Source of the DNA: Mustelus asterias | Taxonomy: Eukaryota | Assembly: GCF_964213995.1 (NCBI RefSeq) | Contig: NW_027590128.1 | Span: forward strand, 806,001-870,000 | Direction of reading: 5' to 3' | Length of the DNA: 64,000 bases | Shown here: in pieces, positions 39,861 to 51,790 of the stretch | How the letters are laid out: every line of letters begins with the position of its first letter | Position numbering within the stretch: the stretch's first letter is position 1 | The notes under the pieces: generated by a model | Told to the model about the DNA's origin: nothing | The model's input: the letters and a program-made list of their open reading frames with translations, nothing else | Databases searched by the model: none | Translations under genes and position numbers: made by a program

Positions 39861-41854
39861 ATCACTGTCTTTTAGTCACAAAGGCTGAGGGAGTCATGCC
39901 TCTCTCAGGGGGTGGCATTTCTCTCAGGAGCACAACACACAGGGGTCTATGTTCACTCAATGTCAGTTCGAGGCAGAGCGACTGCCCCCAATCAATGAGC
40001 TCCTGTGCCCATTCCTCAGTGCAGAACTCCTTCAGCCTGATCCTCCCACAGTACTCAGCCTGATACAGAGTTAGCTCTTCTAACCATCAGCCTTTGCTGT
40101 TGTCTTCATTTGCTTTATGGTCACGCATCAGGTTATACTCTCTTTAGATCAGTCAAGAATTAGGGTCGCGAATGCGGCCATCTGGCTCATTAAGTCCATG
40201 CCGGTTCCCTGTGAATCAAACCATTGCCCCGTTCTATCCCCGTACCCCTGTAGGTTTATTTCCCTCAATTGCCCATATAATTTCCTTTTGGAAAGATTCC
40301 ATCATCTCTGCTTCTCCCCTTTGCCGGAAGTGGGTTCCAGATATTTACCACTTTCATCAAATGAAAATGAATCTGAGAGCAGAGAAGGAGGCCATTCCAG
40401 CCATTGTACCCATGATATCCCTTTGAACAAGCTCTTCCATTAATCCCATATTTCATTTCGAATCTGTCCAATTCCCTTTTGAAAGATCCAGTTTAATTTG
40501 CTTCCTGCACAATTTTCAGGCAGTGAATTCCAAATCACAACAACTCATTCTGTTTTGAAACAAATAATTTCACAACATATTGTGTTTGGATTTTCACAGA
40601 GGATTTGGAAATGGAGTGACAGTTGTCACTCAAAATTGAGACTCAGTCTTTATTAATGATCTCCATGAGCGGACTGAGTGTGATGTATCCAAGTTGGGGA
40701 CTATTTCTAAAAAGGAAATTACATTTCTGCAGCTTCTTGCATGACCACAAGATCTTGGAAAGTGTTTTACGGTCAAGTTATTTTGAAGTGTAGTCACTGT
40801 TGTGATGTGGGAAACTGTAGGGGTGCCTCAGAAATGAAAATGATCACTTTCATCTGTATTAACAGTTAAATATAACTAGGTCAAGGAAGCCATGTTAAAC
40901 TCTAACATGTGATGAGAACTTTATATCATAAAGCTAAAAGCCTCTAGACACTGCTGAGCAAGGAATTAAGGAATTCTTCAATAATTTTGATAAGTTAGAG
41001 GACACTATATTCTGCTAAAGTCTGGCTCAATAATGAGGCTGATTGTTCAACCTGATCAAGATTAGTAAGAAAGCTTTGTGTCTTTCACAAAGTATATTTT
41101 TGAACCATTGTATCTTGTATTAACCAAATGTATTCATTAAAGATTACTCTAACAATTAGCTACCAGTCAGTAACAGATGGGTGAATAAGTAGTGAGCCAT
41201 AATTGAGTTAATGTTAATGAATCAATAATGAATCAGTAGTTATAATGAAAGATTGAGTTTTATTTGCAGTCAAATGTAAAAGTTTAATTGCTGTGTATGT
41301 AAAGAATGTGCAGTGAAGATAAATGTACTGGCGAGAGAGACCTTCCAGCTCTGATTAGCCTCAACATTTGTACAGGGATTGTATAGAATCAGATAAAGGG
41401 ATGGTGTGAAATTATTCTATTGTATTCCTGATAATGACAGAAAATGGGGCAAGTAATTGAGGATACAATTAATCTAGTGACAAAACTGCTTTCTTTCTTC
41501 ACTACAACCATTACCTCTCCCTTTGCCTTTAATTCCAGGACATTTTTGACATTTAATCTCGTCGCCCTCTAACCAATCCCCGACTTTCCCTTTTGTTCGA
41601 CCTGACCCTCCCCCTTTCTCATCAGTATCAAACCCATCACATTTCTCCCTCTAGTTCTGAAGTAGAGTTACATTGGACGTGAAACATTAACTCAGTTTCC
41701 CTCCCCACAGATGCCTGCCAGACCTGTGTTTTTCCAGTTCTTTCTGTATTTATTTTAGATCTACTTGCAGTGGAGGAAAAACACTATTTACTATCCAGGA
41801 TAAAATAAATGTCTTTCGTCAGATTTTGTGGATCATTTTGTTTATTTGTTTGTT

Positions 41855-42272
41855 TAGCTATGAGGAGAGGTTGGAGAAACTTGGTTTGTTCTCACTGGAA
41901 CAACAGAGGTTGAGGAGCGACCTGATAGAAGTCTACAATATTATGAGGGGCATGGACAGAATGGATAGTCAAACGCTTTTTCCCAGGGTGGAAGAGTCAC
42001 AGCTTTAAGGAGCGAGGGGCAAGGTTTAAAGGAGATGTATAAGGCAGATTTTGTACACAGAGGGTGGTGGGTGCCTGGAACTCGCTGCCGGGGGTGGTAG
42101 TGGAAGCGGATACGGTAGTGACTTTTAAGGGGCATCTGGACAAATACATGAATAGGATGGGAATAGGGGAATATGGTCCCCGGAAGGGTAGGGGGTTGTG
42201 GTTCAGTCAGGCAGCATGATCAGTGCAGGCTTGGAGGGCCTGTTCTTGTGATGTAATTTTCTGTGTTCTTAT
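41855..42272 (+). mobile_element. CR1 3' end
   Basis: SYEERLEKLGLFSLE and tail; same subfamily as 24540-24980. Confidence 0.85.
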
Positions 42273-42444
42273 TTCATTGGAAATGTGCTCTCCCAGGCTC
42301 AAAGAGCATCAGCTCATTGGAAGCAGAGGGGTGAAACCAACCAGTCCAGCAGAAAGAAAACCCTTCAACCTTCCACTTCACCAACTGTCAGAATGAACGT
42401 GGTTCAGTGCTGGATGTGATTAACAGCAGAAACCAACTCGATAA

Positions 42445-43203
42445 TCATTTGTGAATCTGTTGGTGTTTCTGCAGGTTGGATAACCGAGTCAATCCCTTCC
42501 CACACACAGAGCAGGCGAACGGTCTCTCCCCAGTGTGAACTCGCTGGTGTATCCGCAGTGCAGATGACCATTTAAATCTCATTGTGCAGTGAGTGCAGCT
42601 GAACGGTCTCTCCTCAGTGTGAATGCGCTGGTGGGACACCAGATCCACTGAGCTTTTGAATCCGCTCCCACAGTCAGAACATTTAAAGGGTCTCTCATTG
42701 GTGTGAATGAGATTGTGTCTCAGCAGGATGGATAGCTGAGTGAACCCGTTCCCACACACAGAGCAGGTGAACGGCCTCTCCCCAGTGTGAACTCGCTGGT
42801 GTTTCCGCAGGTGGATTGTCGTTCTAAACATTTTTGTGCAGTGAGAGCAGCTGAACGGTCTCTCCTCAGTGTGAATGCGCTGGTGAGACTTCAGTTCTCG
42901 AGAACTTTTAAATCCACTCCCACAGTCAGTACATTTAAAGGGTCTCTCATTGGTGTGAGTGACTTTGTGACTCAGCAGGTGGGAGGACCGAGTGAATCCC
43001 TTCCCACACTGAGAGCAGGTGAATGGCCTCTCCCCAGTGTGAACACGCTGGTGTCTCTGCAGGTGGGATGACTGAGTGAATCCCTTCCCACAATCAGAGC
43101 AGCTGAACGGTCTCTCTCCAGTGTGACTGCGTCGATGAGTTTCCAGCTCTGATGGGGCATTGTATCCCTTCCCACAGTCCCCACATTTCCACGGTTTCTC
43201 CAT
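42445..43203 (-). CDS. Tandem C2H2 zinc-finger protein (ZNF-7), 9 fingers
   Basis: Intact ORF MEKPWKC...HQQIHK*. Confidence 0.9.
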   Translation of the reverse strand: MEKPWKCGDCGKGYNAPSELETHRRSHTGERPFSCSDCGKGFTQSSHLQRHQRVHTGERPFTCSQCGKGFTRSSHLLSHKVTHTNERPFKCTDCGSGFKSSRELKSHQRIHTEERPFSCSHCTKMFRTTIHLRKHQRVHTGERPFTCSVCGNGFTQLSILLRHNLIHTNERPFKCSDCGSGFKSSVDLVSHQRIHTEERPFSCTHCTMRFKWSSALRIHQRVHTGERPFACSVCGKGLTRLSNLQKHQQIHK

Positions 43204-43944
43204 GGTTCGGGTGTCCTTGTGACTCTCCAGGTTAAACAATCAGTTAAATCTCACACAGAACACGGGTACAGTCTCTCCCCGCTGTGAATGCTGCGATGTA
43301 TTTTCAGGCTGTGTAACTGGTTAAAGCTCTTTCCACACTCAGTGCACTGGAACACTCTCACTCGGGTGTGTGTGAGTCTCGGTGCTTTTCCAGTCACACT
43401 GATGTTGAGAATCTTCTGAAGCAGACAGAACAGAGAAACATTTCACCTTCTAGAATCAAAGGTCAGTGATATTCAGGTCCCGATAAATTGAATGCTGACG
43501 TGATGTTTGTTTTGAGTTTTTGTCTGTAAATCCTCACCTTCTGATATCCTGTAAACGAGTTTGAAAAATTCACCATTGTCAGTACAGCATAGAAATTCAG
43601 AACAGACAATTCTAGTTTCTATAGAACATTCTTTCCTCTCTCATTCCCCAAAACTGTAAATCTCCATCCCACACACTCTCCCTCCATTCTCACTCTGCTG
43701 TATCTAATATTCACCCTCCCAATTCTCCTGAAGGTGCTGATTGAGGCTGATTGACAGATTCATGCTCACTGCTTCCTGTCCTGGACACAGAGAGCTGGAA
43801 ATCTCCATGCAGGAGAATAACAGAAATATGGCTACTTTCCTCGACTAAGAATGTTTTAAATGGATTGTTTCAGTTAGTGAAGATACAGGGGGTTGTGATT
43901 GATGATAGTCTTGAACTTGCTGCCTGTGAGGGTGGTCATAGAGT

Positions 43945-44658
43945 TTGACAGCATGGAAAGAGGCTCTTCAGCCTATCGTGTTAACGCCGACCATCAAACA
44001 CCTTTCTATTCTAATCCCATTTTCCACTCTTGGTGCGTAACCTTGTATGCTATGGCATTTCAAGAGCTCATCTAAATACTTCTTAAATGTTTCATGCAGT
44101 GAGTTCCAGATTCCCACCACCGTCTGAGTGAAAAGGTTTTTCCTCACATCTTCAAGAAACCTCCTGCCCCTGAACTTAAATCCATGCCTTTGGTTATTGC
44201 CCCCTCTACTAAAGAGAAAAGTTCCTTCCTGTCCCCCTCCATCTGTGCCCCTCAGAATTTTATACACCTCAATAAGGTCCCTCTCACCCTTCTCTGCTCC
44301 AAGAAAAACAACGCCAGCCTATCCAGTTTCTCTTGATAGCTGAAACACTCCAGCCCAGGCAACACCCTGGGGAATTTCCTCTGCACCTTCTACAGTGCAA
44401 TTACATCCTTCCTATAGTGTGGCAACCAGAACTGCACACAGTACTCCAGCTGTGGCCTCACCAGTGTTTTATACAGCTCCATCATAACCTCCCTGCCCTT
44501 ATAGTCAATGCCTCGGTTAATAAAGGCAAGTATGCCACGAGCCTTCTGAACCACCTTATGTCGCTGTCCTACTGTCTTCAGAGATCTATGATCATACGCA
44601 CCAAGGTCCCGCTGATCCTCTCTACCTCCGAGGATCTGACTATTCATTGTGCATTCCG
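43945..44658 (-). mobile_element. Decayed CR1 3' fragment
   Basis: EDQRDLG...LYKTLVRPQLEYCVQFW; frameshifted 3' part. Confidence 0.82.
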
Positions 44659-44733
44659 AGATGCCGCTTTTAAAAACTGCTTCAATTGAAGCTAAAATGT
44701 AACCAAATGACTTCAACCAAGCACAGCATGTCA

Positions 44734-44772
44734 ATACTACACTGGATCTTAGCCAAAAGGCCGAGAAGCGAT
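44734..44772 (-). pseudogene. RNU2: U2 snRNA 5' fragment (nt 1-39)
   Basis: Reverse complement ATCGCTTCTCGGCCTTTTGGCTAAGATCCAGTGTAGTAT matches vertebrate U2 nt 1-39 at 38/39 positions, including the GTAGTA branch-point recognition sequence. Confidence 0.9.
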
Positions 44773-44809
44773 ACCTCCTGCTCTTAATATACTGACAGAA
44801 CACCTTTGG

Positions 44810-45400
44810 AATTGCTCACAGGTGTTGCTGAGAGGAGGAGGTTTGGTCTGAAGCTCATTGGCCAACCGACTTCCGCATTCAGACAATGGGAGCTCTGATT
44901 GGCTGGAGGACCAGACTCCTTGCGGTCCTCCAACTCTTCCCATTGGTCAAAATCTCAGTATGTCTCAGCTGGTGGGCACCTCCCCCGCACATGCGCAGCT
45001 TCCCTCTCCCTTGAACATGCGCAGTCCGGGCCGGCGGGAGGAGATCACCGAGCGGCTTCTCGCTCTGGCCGGAGCTGTCAGCCGGTTGCCTGGAAACCTT
45101 GGCTGGAGGAGGGGGAGGGGAAAAATGGGTAGGAACGGCCGGGCCTGCGCATTGAAACCGCAGTGACGTCACCGGAGAGCAGCGACATTCCTATTGGCTG
45201 ATTCAGGCAGGGCTCTATCGTGACGTCACAATGCAGAAGTTGTCCAATGAGCTTCAGAGTGAAACTTCCTCCTCTGGGCAACATCTGGGGGGAAATCAAT
45301 GTTTCCCCATTTCCATTTCTTTTCTCATTCTGGGGGAAATTGGGGACTTGCAGCAACTGAAGGGTAAGGTCGTGAATCCAGTCTGTATATTCCTCACATT
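44810..45400. promoter_or_regulatory. Bidirectional promoter P5 between ZNF-7 (-) and ZNF-8 (+)
   Basis: GCGCATGTGC/CATGCGCA, two TGACGTCA, several CCAAT boxes, dyad element; mirror-image core ends. Confidence 0.75.
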
Positions 45401-46019
45401 TTTAGTCAGTCATATGGGCATATATCTGTCTGGCAGCCTGCATGGAGATTTTCAGCTCTCGGCAGGAAGCCGTGAGCACGGATCTGTCAATCAGCCTCAA
45501 TCAGCACCTTGAGGAGAATTGGGAGGGTGAATATTAGATACAGCAGAGTGAGAATGGAGGGAGAGTGTGTGGGATGGAGATTTACAGCTTTTGGGGATTG
45601 AGAGAGAAAGAATGTTTCATAGAAACTGGAATTGTCTGTTCTGAATTTCGATCCTGTACTGACACTGATGACTTGTGTCAACTTGTTTTACAGGATATTG
45701 AAAGAGGAATCACAGGCTAAAATCTCGAACGTCACGTCTAGATCTGACAGAGACATATTCCTTGGGACCTGAATATCATCGGCCATTGAATCTGGAAGAT
45801 TTGAAAAGATTTCAAACATCAATCTGACTGAAAAAGCACCAACACACTTCCACATTCAAGTGAGAGTGTTCCAGTGCACTGATTGAAGAGCTTTAACCAG
45901 TTACACAGCCTGAATAAATATCACACCATTCACAGCGGGGAGAGACTGTACACTGTTGTGTGTGTGGATGAGGCTTCAGCTGATTGTCCACCCAAGGGAG
46001 AGGCAAGGACACCTGCACC

Positions 46020-46861
46020 ATGGAGAAACCATGGAAATGTGCGGACTGTGGAAAGAGATACAGAGCACCATGTCGGCTGGATGCTCATCGGCGCAACCAC
46101 ACTGGGGAGAGGCCATTCATTTGCTCTCAATGTGGGGAGGGATTCATTCGGTTCCCCCACCTGCAGTCACACAAGCGAATTCACACTGGCGAGAGACCGT
46201 TCACCTGCTCTCAGTGTGGAAAGGGATTCACTGTGTCATCCACTTTGCAGAGACACCAGCGAATTCACACTGGGGAGAGGCCGTTCACCTGCCCTCAGTG
46301 TGGGAAGGGATTCAACCAGTTATCCAATCTATGGACACACCAGCGAATTCACACTGGGGAGAGGCCATTCATCTGCTCTCAGTGTGGGAAGGGATTCACT
46401 CGGTCATCTGACCTGCAGACACACCAGCGAGTTCACACTGGGGAGAGGCCATTCACCTGCTCTCAGTGTGGAAAGGGATTCACTGTGTCATCCGCCTTGC
46501 AGAGACACCAGCGAGTTCACACTGGGGAGAGGCCATTCACCTGCTCTCAGTGTGGGAAGAGATTCACTCAGTCATCCGTCCTGCGGACACATCAGCGCAT
46601 TCACAGCGGGGAGAGGCCGTTCACCTGCTCTCAGTGTGGGAAGGGTTTCAGTCAGTTATCCAACCTGCGGAGACACCAGCGAGTTCACACTGGGGAGAAA
46701 CCGTTCACCTGCTCTCAGTGTGGGAAGGAATTCACTCAGTGATCCCACCTGTTGAGACATCAGTGAGGTTACACTGGGGAGAAACCGTTCACCTGCTGAG
46801 TGTATAAAAAGGGTTCAGAATTTCATCCCAGCTGCTGAGACACCAACAAGTTCACGAGTGA
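46020..46861 (+). pseudogene. Tandem C2H2 ZNF (ZNF-8): 8 intact fingers, then premature TGA (46740-46742); may encode a truncated protein
   Basis: ORF 45984-46742; decayed fingers 9-10 end at the ancestral CACGAGTGA. Confidence 0.75.
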
Positions 46862-47649
46862 TTCCAGGGGTTGGATTCTGCTGTTATTGTTTCTGCTCTC
46901 AATTACATCCAGGACTGCATTTTGTTCATTCTCACAGTTGGTCAATGGGGAGGGTCGGAGGGTTTCTTTCTGCTGGACTGACCGGTCTCATGACTTTGCC
47001 TCCAGTGGGCTGATGCTCTTCGAGTCTTGTTGTGAATACCTGGTTTCAAATTTCACAAGGATCACAGAGTGACAGGGTGTGAGGAAGTTAAGAGTTACTA
47101 TTTCTGTTTGAAACTTCCCAAATGCTCATCCAATTTCCTTTGTAATTGTTTATTGTCTCCACTTCCTCCACCCTCGTAGGCAGCGAGTTCCAGGTCATTA
47201 CCATTCACTGCATCAAAATATTCTTCCTCACATCCGCCCCTGCATCTCTGACCCAAACCATAAATCTGTGTCCCCCCTCATCCTTGTCCCATCAACTAAT
47301 GGGAACAGCTTTTCTTTGTCCACCTTATCTAAACCTGTCAGAATCTTGTCCACCTCTATCAAATCTCCCCTCAACCTCCTTTGCTCCAAGAGGAACAACC
47401 CCAGCCTGACATTGACAATAAAGAACAAACTAACAGAATATGTTAATACCTGAAATCAAATGGGAATGTTTAAATTCTGTTTTAAAGATATTGTGAATAT
47501 ATTGTCCTGGACAATAAAGGAATTGGAATAACTCACCTTGGGTGTGGTTGAATGGAATATATCAATCTGGAATCCACCTTCAGTCCAGTGAAAGTCTGGA
47601 ATGTGTAGCTGGAAATCTTTCCCTAATATCACTGTGGATGTACTTACAC

Positions 47650-47923
47650 GATGTGGAGATGCTGGCGTTCGACTGGGGTAAACACAGTAAGAAGTCTCAC
47701 AACATCAAGTTAAAGTCCAACAGGTTTATTTAGTAGCAAACGCCACTTGCTTTCGGAGCGCTGCTCCTTCGTCAGGTGAATGGGAGATCTGATCACAAAA
47801 CAGGATTTTTTATGATCAGAACTCCCACTCACCTGACGAAGGAGCAGCGCTCCGAAAGCTAGTGGCGTTTGCTACCAAATAAGCCTGTTGGACTTTAACC
47901 TGGTGTTGTGAGACTTCTTACTG
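47650..47923. mobile_element. Fold-back PLE-derived mini-element with two opposed hammerhead motifs
   Basis: Arms 47683-47800 and 47808-47925 are near-perfect reverse complements; TSD TGTACTTACAC (47639-47649, 47924-47934); empty site at about 25544-25554. Confidence 0.88.
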
Positions 47924-48309
47924 TGTACTTACACCTCAGGCATTGTAGCAGTTCAGGAAGGCAGTGTTGGGGTTAACCATGTCTGAGGCAGCTACATACA
48001 GCCACATATTCTGTTATAATTGAAGGACAGCAGATTGAATGTGAGGCATTATGGGACTGGACTATCTTGACCACATTCCTGTGACTGCTCAGTTTCTGCA
48101 ATCACGGACCATTAAAGCTGCTTAGCAGGGCCCCAACAGAGGACCTGGTGAGAATATTTACTCAGAATGAGTTAGAATTAATCTTATTCCAGCACCGCTG
48201 GTGTTCAGCGGCTGAGATACCCGAATCTGTGAACAGGAGGTCTGGCCAATCAACAAACAGTGGTAGATAGTTGGTTAAGAAGTTAAAGATATTGGTCAAC
48301 ACCTCAGTA

Positions 48310-48878
48310 TGAAGATCAGAGGGTGGGCTCTCCCCAGCACATGTGCAGCTTCCCCTCTCCCCCGCACATGCGCAGTCCCGGGCCGGGGGGAGGGGGAGCT
48401 CACCGAGCGGCTTCTCGCTCTGTCCGGAGCCGTCAGCCGGTTGCCTGGAAACCTTGGCTCGATGTGGTGTAGGGGGAGGGGAACAATGGTGGGGGGCGGG
48501 TCTCCCGGGTCCGTGCCCCGAGCCTGCGATTGGAACCCGGAGACGTCACCGCGGAGCAGAGTGATTCCTATTGGCTGATTCAGGCAGGGCTCCATTGTGA
48601 CATCACAATGTGGAAGTTGACCAATGAGCTTCAGAGTGAAACTTCCTCCTCTGTACAACACCTGGGAGGAAATCAATGTTTCCCCCTTTCCATTTCTCTT
48701 CTCATTCTGGGGGAAATTGGGGACTTGCAGCAACTGAAGGGAAAGGAAGTGAATCCAGTCTGTATATTCCACACATTTCTACTCCAGTAATGTAGACATT
48801 TATCTGTCTGGCAGCCTGCATGGAAATTTTCAGCTCTCTGCATCCAGGGCAGAAGCAGTGAGCATGGATCTGTCAATC
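48310..48878 (+). promoter_or_regulatory. Orphan copy of the ZNF promoter/first-exon module (P6)
   Basis: Highly similar to 44980-45490; no ZNF exon follows. Confidence 0.7.
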
Positions 48879-49268
48879 ACACATGAGGACGGCCTCAACC
48901 GGGATCTTGAGTTCATGACACACTATCTGTAACCCCCACAACTTGCCTAGGCTTGCAAAATCTCACTAACTGTCCTGGCTGGAGACAATACACATCTCTT
49001 TAACCTGTGCTTAACCCTCTCTCCACTCACATTGTCTGTACCTTTAAGACTTGATTACCTGTAAAGACTCGCATTGCAACCATTATCTTGTAAATTGAGT
49101 TTGTGTCTTTATATGCCCTGTTTGTGAACAGAACTCCCACTCCCCTGATGAAGGGGCAGCGCTCCGAAAGCTAGTGGCTTATGCTAACAAATTAACCTGT
49201 TGGATTTTAACCTGGTGTTGTGAGATTATTTACTGTGCTTACCCCAGTCCAACGCCGGCATCTCCACA
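48878..49268 (+). mobile_element. PLE 3' fragment with pLTR and hammerhead motif (49142-49176)
   Basis: THEDGLNRD-coding end plus terminal repeat; CTGATGA-A-GGGGC-AGC-GCTCC-GAAA-GCTA. Confidence 0.85.
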
Positions 49269-49699
49269 CTCTGAGTGGAAACAGAGAGAAGTAGGAGAGG
49301 CCGGAGGTGAGGAGAGAGATTTTATACATCTGCAACTCAACAGGAACTTTGACAAAATTTCCAAACCCTGTGAACACCATCAGCTCCAAGTTCCTCTCCA
49401 ACCCACACACCATCCTGACTTGTCTGACATCCAGTACTGAAAGAACAGAAATTTATTTCATATAAATACTGGGAAGACTGAACCCATTGTGTTCAGTCCC
49501 CACTACAAACTCCACTCCCTCGCCAACAACTTTATCTCTCCTCCTGGCAACTGTCTGAGGCTGAACCAGGCTGTTCACAACCAGGGTGAAATAGTTCATC
49601 CCAAGATGAGCTTCCAGCCACATGTCCACATCATCATCAAGACCACCTTCATTCATAGAAGCATTAATAGTAATTAATTAACAATAATGAATAATAAAA

Positions 49700-51486
49700 T
49701 ACAGTGCAGAAGGAGGCCATTCAGCCTATCGAGCCTGCACCGACAACAATCCCATCCAGGCCCTATCCACATATTTCCCTGTTAACCCCCTGATCGCAAG
49801 TGGCAATTTATCATGGCCAATCTTTCTAACCGGCACATAGAAGCATAGAATATTACAGCACAGAAACAGGCCTTTTGGCCCTTCTTGGCTGTGCCGAACC
49901 ATTTTTCTGCCTCGTCCCACTGACCCGCACCTGGACCATATCCCTCCATACCCCTCTCATCCATGTACCTGTCCAAGTTTTTCTTAAATGTTAAAAGTGA
50001 GCCCGCATTCACCACTTCATCTGGCAGCTCATTCCACACTCCCACCACTCTCTGCGTGAAGAAGTCCCCCCTAATATTCCCTTTAAACTTTTCCCCCTTC
50101 ACCCTTAACCCACGTCCTCTAGTTTTTTTCTCCCCGAGCCTCAGTGGAAAAAGCCTGCTTGCATTCACTCTATCTATACCCATCATAATTTTATACACCT
50201 CTTTCAAATCTCCCCTCATTCTTCTACGCTCCAGGGAATAAAGTCCTAACCTATTCAACCTTTCTCTGTAACTCAGTTTCTCAAGTCCCGGCAATATCCT
50301 TGTAAACCTTCTCTGCACTCTTTCAACCTTATTAATATCCTTCCTGTAATTAGGTGACCAAAACTGCACACAATACTCTAAATTCAACCTCATCAATGTC
50401 TTATACAACCTCATCATAACATTCCATCTCTTCTACTCAATACTTTAATTTATAAAGGCCAATGTACCAAAAGCATTCTTTACAACCCTATCTACCTGTG
50501 ACGCCACTTTTAGGGAATTATGTATCTGTATTCCCAGATCCCTCTGTTCTACTGCACTCTTCAGTGTCCTACCATTTACCTTGTATGTTCTACCTTGGTT
50601 TGTCCTTCCAAAATGCAATACCTCACACTTGTCTGCATTAAACTCCATCTGCCATTTTTCAGCCCATTTTTCTAGCTGGTCCAAATCCCTCTGCAAGCTT
50701 TGAAAACCTTCCTCACTAAACACTACACCTCCAATCTTTGTATCAACAACAAATTTGCTGATCCAATTTACCACATTATCATCCAGGTCATTGATATCGG
50801 TGACAAACAACAATGGATCCAGCACTGATCCATGTGGCACACCACTCGTCACAGGCCTCCAATCAGAGAAGCAATCCTCCACTACCACTCTCTGGCTTCG
50901 TCCATTGAGCCAATGTCTAATCCAATTTACTACCTCTCCATGTACACCTAGCGACTGAACCATCCTAACTAACCTCCCATGTGGGACCTTGTCAAAGGCG
51001 TTACTGAAGTCCATGTAGACAACATCCACTGCCTTCCCTTCATCCACTTTCCTGGTAACCTCCTCGAAAAACTCTAATAGATTGGTTAAACATGACCGAC
51101 CACGCACAAAGCTGGACTCTCCCGAATAAGTCCCTGTCTATCCAACTATTTGCAGATCCTATCTCTTCGTACTCCTTCCAATAATTTATCTGCTACTGAC
51201 ATCAAAGTTACCGGCCTATAATTTCCCACATTACTTTTTGAGCCTTTTTAAACAACGGAACAACATGAGCTATCCTCCAATCATCCGGCACCTCACCCGT
51301 GGATACCAACATTTTAAATATATCTGCCAGGGCCCTTTGGACTGTGGAAGGAAACCGGAACACCCGGAGGAAACCCACACAGACACGGGGAGAATGTAGA
51401 AACTCTGCACAGACAGCGACCCGAGGCTGGAATTGAACCCGGGTCCCTGGCGCTGTTAGGCAGCTGCACTAACCACTGTGCCACCG
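49700..51486 (-). mobile_element. V-SINE (head 51335-51486, tail 49700-49834) split by a CR1
   Basis: The two halves are collinear with the SINE at 1553-1843 in their central part. Confidence 0.7.
49835..51334 (-). mobile_element. CR1 RT fragment
   Basis: ORFs 50445-51107 and 49782-50417 with YMDFSNAFDKV, SGVPHGSVL; (TTCTATG)-like tail. Confidence 0.9.
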
Positions 51487-51540
51487 GGTCACATGTCAGT
51501 GCCATCGCCCGACTCCAGCCCAGTCTCAGCTCATCTGGAA

Positions 51541-51790
51541 CCCTCACCCATTCCATTGTGACGTCACATTCTCACCCATTCCATTGTGACGTCACACCCT
51601 CACCCATTCCATTGTGACGTCCCACCCTCACCCATTCCATTGTGACGTCACACTCTCACCCATTCCATTGTGACGTCACACCCTCACCCATTCCATTGTG
51701 ACGTCACACTCTCAACCATTCGATTGTGATGTCACACTCTCACCCATTCCATTGTGACGTCACACCCTCACCCACTCCATTGTGACGTCA
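51541..51790. repeat. 28-bp CRE minisatellite, 9 units
   Basis: CCCTCACCCATTCCATTGTGACGTCACA x9; 7 perfect TGACGTCA. Confidence 0.92.

Noticed and set aside
40815-41410. Possible second solo LTR (AT-rich block)
   Set aside because: Could not identify matching TG..CA ends with a TSD
44734-44772. Functional U2 snRNA gene
   Set aside because: Only 39 nt present; no Sm site or 3' stem-loops
46740-46742. Selenocysteine or readthrough at the in-frame TGA
   Set aside because: Further stops and indels follow; no SECIS or TGA-CTAG context seen
51420-51486. tRNA gene (A/B boxes)
   Set aside because: It is the tRNA-derived head of a V-SINE and continues into the SINE core
51541-51790. CRISPR-like array of 28-bp palindromic repeats
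   Set aside because: No unique spacers, no cas genes, vertebrate context; it is a head-to-tail minisatellite
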